IMG/VR virus record: IMGVR_UViG_3300025132_006659
Length of the DNA: 64,000 bases
Direction: 5' to 3' (one strand)
From: an uncultured virus (IMG/VR IMGVR_UViG_3300025132_006659)
Taxonomy: Duplodnaviria; Heunggongvirae; Uroviricota; Caudoviricetes
Shown: positions 17,736-26,352 of the stretch, piece after piece
How the letters are laid out: each line of letters begins with the position of its first letter
How positions within the stretch are numbered: the first letter of the stretch is position 1
The notes under the pieces: model-generated
The model's input: the letters and a program-made list of their open reading frames with translations, nothing else
Told to the model about the DNA's origin: nothing
Database searches by the model: none
Program-made: the position numbers and the translations under genes

Positions 17736-18919
17736 GATACCTCCACAAAATCTCTAAGGTTTGAACCGACATGGGCTGATGATTTGAACCAGCCTAACGT
17801 TGTGTCTTCAAAAATCTCTTGAACCTGTGGGAGCATGTACCTATCTTCTAAATGTAGATCAATTGTGAGCGAGTCATGTACAACTGAATGTACAAACGAC
17901 TTTGTGTTTTGTAAGAATTTGTTTATCTTGCAAGCCTGCTTCATGCAATTGTCAGATGAAGTGCTCTGCAATAGGTAATTCAGTGAATGAAAATCATCAG
18001 TTGGTATCTTTCTGCCAAATGGCGTATGAACTACCCCATCTCTATAAAACTCTTTCAACACTTTGGTTTTATTGTAGTGCCTTTCGGTTAGATAGTCTTC
18101 AGCATTTGGATTATATAGCCATGCGAAGAATCTCTTCTTTGCTTTATCTCTTGTTCCAATACCCCTGTATACGTTCTTAATATTGTACTCATGTACGTCC
18201 TCACGGGGGTGGGTACCAGTAGATAGCGACAATAATGTTCTAATTTCCGCACCATTCAAATCAAACTGTACAAACAGATCATTTTTTGGAACGACACAAT
18301 TGGCTGTTTCTTTTTTCAGATTCATGATTGGAAACGAACCAGTCTTTGTAGTAAGTCTACCAGTTCTAGAACCCCACACATCGTAATGAATGAATTTTTG
18401 CTCTCCATTCAAAAAATTTCTTAACGACTTAGCCTTTAGATCAGTTCTGGCTGAAACGTGTAGAGCATCGAAGTCAATTTGAATCGGTCTCTTAGCAATG
18501 TCACCTGCCATCTTGAATAAGTCAACTAAAAAATCATGATTGGATGGTTTTTCATAATTGCCAAACACCCACTCACAGATCTGGTTCTTTACTTCGCAAT
18601 AGTGCTTCAAGTGAGTTTCGGGTACAATTTCAAACATACATTGATTATCAATTTTTATTTTTGCATTTACCGCTGCGTTTACGAATGCTCTTATTTTGTT
18701 CTTTCTTTTCTCAAGGCGTGTCTTGTAGATGTCGGGACAGATCTCGTCCATCGTTTTCCCATTCACATAAACACAAGCATAATCAATGTTGTGGTCACTA
18801 AGGCAATTGTTGTAGCCCCATGTTCCAGTAATGTCGGCTGGTAGTCTGTCGTAAATAAACTCACCACCTTTATAAAGACCAAAGCAGCTATCCTTTGAGT
18901 CTAAAATTTGAAATATCAT
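17726..18919 (-). CDS. family A DNA polymerase, short (polymerase core only)
   Basis: TGRLTT, motif A FDLNGAEIR, motif B RDKAKKRFFAWLYN, TPFGRK, NYLLQST, motif C VVHDSL; ATG 18919 behind GGAGG. Confidence 0.8.
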   Translation of the reverse strand: MIFQILDSKDSCFGLYKGGEFIYDRLPADITGTWGYNNCLSDHNIDYACVYVNGKTMDEICPDIYKTRLEKRKNKIRAFVNAAVNAKIKIDNQCMFEIVPETHLKHYCEVKNQICEWVFGNYEKPSNHDFLVDLFKMAGDIAKRPIQIDFDALHVSARTDLKAKSLRNFLNGEQKFIHYDVWGSRTGRLTTKTGSFPIMNLKKETANCVVPKNDLFVQFDLNGAEIRTLLSLSTGTHPREDVHEYNIKNVYRGIGTRDKAKKRFFAWLYNPNAEDYLTERHYNKTKVLKEFYRDGVVHTPFGRKIPTDDFHSLNYLLQSTSSDNCMKQACKINKFLQNTKSFVHSVVHDSLTIDLHLEDRYMLPQVQEIFEDTTLGWFKSSAHVGSNLRDFVEVSWS

Positions 18920-20118
18920 TAATCCTCCGTTAGGCTCGCAAACCAACTAAAACTTCCGATTTTATTTGGATTACTTTTTGCAAGCTCATCATTAATATAA
19001 CGCATTATGGCATTGCTGTCAAGATCTTTTTGTAAAAAATTTATTACTCTGCCAAGTGCATCAATTTCAGTTTTATTTAAATATTTACCTTGTTCTATAT
19101 TTCTAATATTAATATAATATTTAATATATATACTAATATCTTTAATACTATTAACAATTTCTTTTTGTTTTATATTAATTATTATTTTATTGTTTTTACC
19201 AAAATGCTTTGTTTCGTAATCTGGTGATATTTCAAACATTTTGTTATAACCCTCGACCAGAGCGTTCATCAGCAGTTCCAGATCAAGCGAACTAGTTTCA
19301 ATATAGTAATCACGAAACATTTGGTCGATACTGTAGATTTGGTATTGTTGTAATGCTTTCTGCGTGATTGACGACCCAATATCTAAGCCAACTAGGTTTG
19401 GGCTATTTCTACTAATTAGCAAACCGTTTTGTTGTAATAAATTTACATAAAATGACAAATCACTACTGCCAACAATTATTTCTTTTTGTGCATCCTCTGA
19501 GAATGAAATAGGAAGCAGGTCAACAAACATGCCGGTGTTCAGCAAACTTGACTTGCTTGACATGTACCAGCCTGATAGTGTACATGGGAACGACTCTGAG
19601 ACAGATTCAAAGTATCGATAAAAATGAAGTAAATAATTGTCAAAATTTGTTATCCTATTTTTATTCTTTAGTGCTCTTGTTTCGTGAAACGCTTCAATCA
19701 TTGTATTTAGGTATTTTTTATATTGAGAGATTGGTGAAACATAACTGCCAACAGGTGTCAACATTTGTAAAAAACTATCTGGGTTATTGATATTACCCAT
19801 CATTATATTGTTTTGAATAACATTCATAACATTTGTTACTTTGTCTCCAATGATTGGAAACGTAGTTGTGTTTGTTTCTCCTTTTCTGCCAAAACCGTAA
19901 CTTTTCAATAACAATTCGTTTGGTATAATTGGCCTGTATTTTATATCAACTTTTGCATATAAACAATTGTGAGAAAAATTGAAATCAAAGACAGAAGAAT
20001 CTAGCATGTCTGATAACTGATCAAACGCCAATGCGGAATACTTTACTCTTCTGTAAAAAGCATTCATTGCACTTCTGTCAGAATTTGAACCTTTGAATTT
20101 ACTCATCGCTATTGTCAC
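18919..20118 (-). CDS. hypothetical protein at the end of the tail/baseplate operon
   Basis: 399-aa ORF overlapping the hub gene; start uncertain (20118 or 20106). Confidence 0.7.
   Translation of the reverse strand: MTIAMSKFKGSNSDRSAMNAFYRRVKYSALAFDQLSDMLDSSVFDFNFSHNCLYAKVDIKYRPIIPNELLLKSYGFGRKGETNTTTFPIIGDKVTNVMNVIQNNIMMGNINNPDSFLQMLTPVGSYVSPISQYKKYLNTMIEAFHETRALKNKNRITNFDNYLLHFYRYFESVSESFPCTLSGWYMSSKSSLLNTGMFVDLLPISFSEDAQKEIIVGSSDLSFYVNLLQQNGLLISRNSPNLVGLDIGSSITQKALQQYQIYSIDQMFRDYYIETSSLDLELLMNALVEGYNKMFEISPDYETKHFGKNNKIIINIKQKEIVNSIKDISIYIKYYINIRNIEQGKYLNKTEIDALGRVINFLQKDLDSNAIMRYINDELAKSNPNKIGSFSWFASLTED
18994..19022 (-). promoter_or_regulatory. sigma70-type promoter inside the upstream gene, serving the polymerase gene
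   Basis: TTGACA (19017-19022), 17 nt, TATATT (18994-18999); very AT-rich DNA upstream. Confidence 0.7.
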
Positions 20119-23100
20119 TCTTTCTTTTTTCTAAAATTTGATCAGCTAAATCTTCTGCATCCGAGGTTTGTTGTGCAAATGCAGATTTCCTTGCACTCGC
20201 TTCATAAATCGAGTTTTCAATTTTTTCACTATCACTTACATCTAAAATAGCTGTGCTGAATTCTGGTGCAAATATATCTTGCAAATGTTGTTGTCGTATG
20301 TTTATTATTCTCTGACAAAATTCTTCATTTTGTCCTTTAGCTCCTCTCTTTTCTAGATTATCTATTTCTAATTGATCTGAGCTTTTTCCTTCTCTGTATT
20401 TTTGCATTTTCTGTCTGTTGCTTTTTAGGAGCATCGAATTACTATCACCAGAATAATAAAACATTGCCTCAACCGTTGTGTTAAATTTGCCACGCCCTAC
20501 TGTTGATTGCACTTTAGTGATTAGATGATAACCACCAATTCCCAATGCGTTTGCCAATGACGGCATTTGATTAGAGGAAGGGTCCGGACCAATAGTTGGA
20601 TCCATTCCCTCACCAGCCAATGAGATCGGATTGATAAAAACAGTCATTCCGGGATAGAACATAGTGTTACCGACCATTTCTATTGTTGCTTTGTAAACTG
20701 ATCCCAGTTGCATAAGTCCATTATATCCGTGATTAAAATATCTTGCCTCTCTAATATATTGCATGTCGACTTTTGAAAACTTTATTGTCTTTACTAGTCC
20801 CCTGTCTCTTCCAATGTGAAGATGCCTTATTCCATTTTTTTCATCCTCGATCCTATTACCAGTAGGGGCTTTGTTACCGCTTGTAACGTTATTGTTTGTT
20901 ACGGGATAAACAACAATATAGTTGTATGCAGCATCAATGCTGGATTCGGCAAGACTTGAATTAAAAGGCAGATATCCACGATTGTAACCAGTCGAAAGAT
21001 CTCTTATTACTGTCCCGTCTTTGTAATCTATCAGGCTTAGTGGATCTCTTGGGTCTGATGAATCTGGCGTTGCTAGTAAACTTGTAGTTTGAAATCTCAA
21101 CTTAGTTTCAACATCCATAGATTTTATACACAGTTCGTACATTATGTCTACAAGTAATTTATTAGTTATGTCCCTGATAAAGTGCATAATTGGATAAGTT
21201 CTTCTCTCTCCTTCGATAACATGCTTGGTGAAAAACTCAATAAAATAATCCAAAGCAATTGGTACCGACGCTATATTCATGTTTATGGGAGTACCGGGAT
21301 TCAGCGGATGTTCATAACTAAAAGAAGAAAGAGCTAGAATTGTATTTTTTACCGCTTCTTTTTGATTGTCACCAACAAGAGCACCAGTCCCAGCCTCTGG
21401 AGGCTCAAACATACAATCCATAAGCGTATGCAGCAAATCACCTAAGAAAAAATAGTTAACTACTTCAACCTCAGCGTTTGGATTTCCAATTGATATACTT
21501 TCAGGCTTGAAACTTCTTAACTTGCCATCAATCAAACTGAATGTATCTGTCCTTTGAATCGATTTGTTTTCAGAGATAGATTGAAGTTCTGTTTTCATTT
21601 CTGTTACGCTATCGCTCGAATCATTCTCCGTATCATTTGAGGCTTTTGATCCATTAACTAATTCTGGTTGGTCTTCAAAATACCCCAATTGTGAGAAAGA
21701 TTTTTTATCCTTTAATTTACTAAAGGTATACTGTAGCCTTCTCCTCCTCAACATTCGATAAACAATTGATTGATAAGATTTTTTTATCAATTCCTTTTCC
21801 ATCGTTTTGTATGTGTTCATAAGTTCATACATTTGCTCAGGAGTACAATTATTCCATGCCTGATTCAGTTCAAGTTGTATTTGTTTCCTGACAGAATTTA
21901 CTTCTGGTGTGGCTAGGACATCCATATCAACACTCTTGCCTGCGGATTCAATATATGCTCTATATTTTATTTTTATATTCACAGATCCATCAACCGCAAA
22001 GTCCAGATCATGGTCAATCATGTTGAGGTAAAACGACTTATTTATCTTTTCTAATGCTGCTTTGATCAAAGCCGCACTTGTGCCCGACTCTTTAGCTAAT
22101 TTTTCAAACATGGGATCTTCTCTCAAAACCCATCCGACATCAACTCTAATTCTGTATCTGGAACTGTCATACATAAAGGGATGCTCATATGAATTATGAT
22201 GAACACTGCCCGGAAAGAGTATCAGATCAAGAAACCTGTATTTGTTTGAAGCATCATTGAGAGTGCTGTTGAGATTATTTTTTACGGGGTTACTGTTAAA
22301 ATCACCCACACTTCTTTCCTTTATCAAGTCGTTAAAGTCTCTGAAGTATAGAGATAATTCGGCGCTTATATCATTTCTTGCGGTTGCTGGTGATGTCCCA
22401 TCAAAACTAAATGAAAAATCTTTTACACCAAATTCCCACTTATCAGTCTTGCCACTGCCTTTTGCTCGATATGATTCAATGTCTGGATTATAGTTTTTTG
22501 GAAAATCAAATTCTAATTCTTTCAAGGTGCCTTCGTTTTCCTTTGTAAAGACCTTAAATAGTCTAATCTGTGGTACCAATGAAGAAAGCAGATCTGGTCT
22601 TATACTGAAAAAACTATCAATGTCAGCCCCCTTGGGTGAAGTTAACTTATTCATGAGGGACGCTCTGTCTGGCTCTGAATCACTAACATCAATTAGGCGA
22701 ATTCGACCAGAATATTCATTACCTTGTTTGTGTATCTCAGTGACATCGCCATTAGAGGATGCCTCAACCTCCTTGTTTGTTTGGCTTTGATAGGCTTTTG
22801 ATAACTTTTCCATATTCATAAGCAAAAAGCATTGTTTATAAAAAATTTGCCTCTCTTCAATTTCATCATCAGTTAACTTATCTTGGTCTGCGGCACCGGC
22901 CTGATTCGCTTGGTCTAGGTCTTTTTCTAAAGTCTTCTTATAAGATTTATGTAAACCTTTTACGCTGCTTTCACTCAGGGGGCTATCATTAGACCAAGTC
23001 CCATCTTTTTGATTGGTTATTTTTGTTATATAATCCCAGTGATAAATTAATAAATCATCTCTTAGAGCGGATAAAATCAAATAGGAAAAAGAAAAAGCGG

Positions 23101-25132
23101 CATAAGTCGTTGCCTCGTTGAACAATTCTCTTTGGCTTTTTCTGTCCTCGAATTTTTTTCGCATTTCAATAGATAAGGCAGTTTTCATGCCATTATAGGC
23201 ATTCGCAATGATTCCCTTATCCATAACCTCCCCATTTTCATCAAATAGGCTGTTATATGCTCTCAATTTCATTCCATAGTTCTCTATGAAATCCTTCTTT
23301 CCATAAAAACCTTCACTATCTGTTCCATCTCTCGTACCTTTATTGGCATTATCTATATGCTTATCAATGTAAGCAGAAACAGCATCATATGATTTTAGTC
23401 CAATTTTCGGATCATGCAGGTCAACTTTCCACGGTGCCCTTCCGTATGTGTTATTATCGCTAAAAGTCTCAGACTTAGTTTCTGGGCTTCCTTGGACATA
23501 AGTTCTTCTAAATTCCTTTCCGTCAACAAAAGGTTTTCCGTTCCTGATGATGGTCAGTCGATCACATTTTTCATATCCTCTTATCCGCCCATCATCATTT
23601 TCTTTATCCTGATTTCCAAGCCAAACACATGGATTGTTGCCGCCGTAATTTTTTTCAAATTTGCCATCTGAAAATAGTGTATACAAAGCATCAGCAGAAA
23701 TCAATGCGGTTTGAGGCCTTTGTTCCTTGTGATTTCGACTCATTTTTGCTTTCACTGCGGTCCACCACCACAGGTTCATATAATAGGAGTCTCCCCACCT
23801 AATATAGGGAGTGTATAGTCTTTCTTTATAGTGCTTATCAAAAATTGCAAATCTTTCTTTATTTTGATATTGGTTGACGTGCTTTACAAAACTCATCGGT
23901 GAATTGTTCAGTGGCATACCATGCTTTACAATCGCTCTTGTTTTTTCATAAATTTCCTCTTTCCACCTTCTGTCTTCTTGGTAAATTTCATTTAATACTG
24001 TCGCCATGGACGCATATGGGTCAACTTGGTCGTAGAGCTTTATGGCCCTCCTGAACCATGGAATTGACATAAAAGGTTTTCCATACCTAGTGTCGCTTCC
24101 AAATGGTATAAAAGTTGACACCATATCATCATGGTATGAACTACAGTGCCATAAAGACCAAAAAAACAGAATTCTTTCGTTGCCCGGTTGAAAAATAGTT
24201 TTACTGTACTGTGACATAAGGTTTCTTCGTGCCAACTCTTTTCCATATCTAGTATCAGTCCTAGTGCTTCCACCCCCCGTTACCGTCGGAGTTGGCCCCG
24301 GTGCAACTGTGGAAACAACGCCAACCGCCGTTTGGAGGTTGCGCCTGTTCTCGTTATTTTTAATAACTGCTTGAACTTGTTGATCACTAAGGTAAATTGC
24401 ATTCGCCACGTCAATAATTTCAGCCGGGGTCTTTAGAATACCATGGCCTTGGATTCCAGTAATTTTTGACAAGTCTAGGCCCCCATCATCAAGATCATAA
24501 TATGGTACTATTTTGTTTATAATCTCAATTTGTTTGGCTCGATATTCGGGAACCTTATTAAAAACCAAACTACTGCCTGCATACAAATCAAAACCAAGCC
24601 ACTCCTTTGATGATGACTTCATTATTTTTTCTAAAACATCCCAGATTTTATGTGTTTCGAAACTTTTCAAAATAAAAGAAACTGATCTGCTCCAAGGACT
24701 TACAACCCCGCCCTTATCAATAGTTTCTCTAATAGTTTTTGTATAGCCGCCACTATTTCTTATTTTTTCAAAATAATGTTTTTCGTTTAGATGTTCAAAC
24801 TCATCCCAAAAACTGCACATCATTTGTGCTAAATACCACAACTCTCTTTTATTGTTACTTCGAGTAGCCGCTATCGCATTAGCTACAAACTCTTTACCGC
24901 CGTCTTTACCAATAAAATCTTCTTCCGGCCTGATTACATCGTCTTTTGCCAAATAAAGATATTTATACTTCCCAGTTGTTTTTAAGGCGGTTCTGTCATC
25001 TCCGGCCATATCCCATTTTGCAAAATGGTGCATACCACCACCCCAAGCTGGGCCACTGATTTGTTTAACTCCTGCTTTGGTTTTATAAAGCCAAAACATT
25101 TTTGCAAAGTAAACGTTATTCCATTTGCTCAT
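20099..25132 (-). CDS. large baseplate hub / tail-tip protein (gp27/gpD-like C-terminal part)
   Basis: Follows the LysM gene; YKATIEMVGNTMFYPGMTVFI...GGYHLITKVQSTV resembles hub barrel ends. Confidence 0.6.
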   Translation of the reverse strand: MSKWNNVYFAKMFWLYKTKAGVKQISGPAWGGGMHHFAKWDMAGDDRTALKTTGKYKYLYLAKDDVIRPEEDFIGKDGGKEFVANAIAATRSNNKRELWYLAQMMCSFWDEFEHLNEKHYFEKIRNSGGYTKTIRETIDKGGVVSPWSRSVSFILKSFETHKIWDVLEKIMKSSSKEWLGFDLYAGSSLVFNKVPEYRAKQIEIINKIVPYYDLDDGGLDLSKITGIQGHGILKTPAEIIDVANAIYLSDQQVQAVIKNNENRRNLQTAVGVVSTVAPGPTPTVTGGGSTRTDTRYGKELARRNLMSQYSKTIFQPGNERILFFWSLWHCSSYHDDMVSTFIPFGSDTRYGKPFMSIPWFRRAIKLYDQVDPYASMATVLNEIYQEDRRWKEEIYEKTRAIVKHGMPLNNSPMSFVKHVNQYQNKERFAIFDKHYKERLYTPYIRWGDSYYMNLWWWTAVKAKMSRNHKEQRPQTALISADALYTLFSDGKFEKNYGGNNPCVWLGNQDKENDDGRIRGYEKCDRLTIIRNGKPFVDGKEFRRTYVQGSPETKSETFSDNNTYGRAPWKVDLHDPKIGLKSYDAVSAYIDKHIDNANKGTRDGTDSEGFYGKKDFIENYGMKLRAYNSLFDENGEVMDKGIIANAYNGMKTALSIEMRKKFEDRKSQRELFNEATTYAAFSFSYLILSALRDDLLIYHWDYITKITNQKDGTWSNDSPLSESSVKGLHKSYKKTLEKDLDQANQAGAADQDKLTDDEIEERQIFYKQCFLLMNMEKLSKAYQSQTNKEVEASSNGDVTEIHKQGNEYSGRIRLIDVSDSEPDRASLMNKLTSPKGADIDSFFSIRPDLLSSLVPQIRLFKVFTKENEGTLKELEFDFPKNYNPDIESYRAKGSGKTDKWEFGVKDFSFSFDGTSPATARNDISAELSLYFRDFNDLIKERSVGDFNSNPVKNNLNSTLNDASNKYRFLDLILFPGSVHHNSYEHPFMYDSSRYRIRVDVGWVLREDPMFEKLAKESGTSAALIKAALEKINKSFYLNMIDHDLDFAVDGSVNIKIKYRAYIESAGKSVDMDVLATPEVNSVRKQIQLELNQAWNNCTPEQMYELMNTYKTMEKELIKKSYQSIVYRMLRRRRLQYTFSKLKDKKSFSQLGYFEDQPELVNGSKASNDTENDSSDSVTEMKTELQSISENKSIQRTDTFSLIDGKLRSFKPESISIGNPNAEVEVVNYFFLGDLLHTLMDCMFEPPEAGTGALVGDNQKEAVKNTILALSSFSYEHPLNPGTPINMNIASVPIALDYFIEFFTKHVIEGERRTYPIMHFIRDITNKLLVDIMYELCIKSMDVETKLRFQTTSLLATPDSSDPRDPLSLIDYKDGTVIRDLSTGYNRGYLPFNSSLAESSIDAAYNYIVVYPVTNNNVTSGNKAPTGNRIEDEKNGIRHLHIGRDRGLVKTIKFSKVDMQYIREARYFNHGYNGLMQLGSVYKATIEMVGNTMFYPGMTVFINPISLAGEGMDPTIGPDPSSNQMPSLANALGIGGYHLITKVQSTVGRGKFNTTVEAMFYYSGDSNSMLLKSNRQKMQKYREGKSSDQLEIDNLEKRGAKGQNEEFCQRIINIRQQHLQDIFAPEFSTAILDVSDSEKIENSIYEASARKSAFAQQTSDAEDLADQILEKRKSDNSDE

Positions 25133-25443
25133 TTTATAACCTCTAAGGCTTGATAGATATCATAAGGAATCTTAATGGTTTCTCCTATTGAAACGTGTGA
25201 TTCAGTAGGCTTATTATTTAACAATGCTATTACATACCAATACTTTCTGTTGCCAAAATATTTATACGATAAAGACCAATATTGATCTCCTTGTTTCCAA
25301 ACATAATCAAATGTAGGCAATAGATCAGGTATCTTTTTCAATGATGGCGTTCTAAATTGTTCAATAAATTTTACACCTTTTTCATCAAAAATGTCTTTGT
25401 ATTGATCATTTGAGTTCTTTGCTTTGCTTCTATTTCTTGACAT
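25129..25443 (-). CDS. LysM-like baseplate wedge protein (gp53/tail X-like)
   Basis: YVWKQGDQYWSLSYKYFGNRKYWYVIALLN...GETIKIP. Confidence 0.85.
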   Translation of the reverse strand: MSRNRSKAKNSNDQYKDIFDEKGVKFIEQFRTPSLKKIPDLLPTFDYVWKQGDQYWSLSYKYFGNRKYWYVIALLNNKPTESHVSIGETIKIPYDIYQALEVIK

Positions 25444-25452
25444 AATTATCCT

Positions 25453-26352
25453 CTATGGTTCAAAGGGGCTGGTGTCTGACGAATCAGATGTAGGAAACTC
25501 TGGCTCTAAAGCATCCTCATCCGAGACAGCTAGTGATGTATTATCAAGAAAATTGTTTTCATCCTCAATAAATTGTTGAACTGATTGTGCCAGTGCTTCT
25601 TCTTCTTGTCTTTGAATTGTTTCGTCTGTTAGCGTTCCAAAAAAGTGACTCTTGCCAAGCCATTTCCCATCCGAATCGTATCCCGGAGTTTGCTGGTGCA
25701 GAACATTGAAGTTGAAACTGATTGATAGGGCTTTTGGGAAGTGTTTCATGTTTGCTGTAAATGTCCCCAATTCTAATTTTGGGTTAACTGTCAGTCCAGA
25801 GATAAATCCCAATAAACCATCTCCTGTGCCAGTTTGTGAGAATGGATCCTCAACAGTAGCCAATTGATCAACACCAGACAAATTATTGTTAAGCAAATTT
25901 GCAAACTTGACCTTTACCAGCGGTGACCCATTCATATATCTAACAGCGGTCATTCCCTGTAGTTCTCCTTGTTGCAGTTCGGTTGTCATTGTAGTGTTAC
26001 CAGATTCTAATGAAGGAGATAAGTTTCTATACGATGGGTAAAGAAAAGACGTAAGGGCATCTATTTTTCCTAAATTTTCTTGCGCCTGTCTGATATTGCC
26101 GGCAACCACGTCAAAGCCCAACGAGATTGATCTTTTAGTACCTTGAAAAATAGCAATTGGATCATTTCGCCCAAAAACTTGCTCTTCTTCCCAAGTAGAG
26201 TCAAAAGAGTAACTCAAATCGGTAAGCATAGCTAAAAATTGCACTATGTGTCCTTGAAAAAGCATACTCTTGATTTCTAAAATAGAATTAGTTGCTTCGG
26301 CATAAGATTTAAGATGAGCATCTTGTGATAATTTATATGTTGGACACGTCAC
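25453..26352 (-). CDS. tail tube initiator / baseplate-tube junction protein (gp48/gp54-like)
   Basis: VFGRNDPIAIFQGTKRSISLGF...SPLVKVKFANL; sits between tape measure and LysM genes. Confidence 0.65.
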   Translation of the reverse strand: MTCPTYKLSQDAHLKSYAEATNSILEIKSMLFQGHIVQFLAMLTDLSYSFDSTWEEEQVFGRNDPIAIFQGTKRSISLGFDVVAGNIRQAQENLGKIDALTSFLYPSYRNLSPSLESGNTTMTTELQQGELQGMTAVRYMNGSPLVKVKFANLLNNNLSGVDQLATVEDPFSQTGTGDGLLGFISGLTVNPKLELGTFTANMKHFPKALSISFNFNVLHQQTPGYDSDGKWLGKSHFFGTLTDETIQRQEEEALAQSVQQFIEDENNFLDNTSLAVSDEDALEPEFPTSDSSDTSPFEP

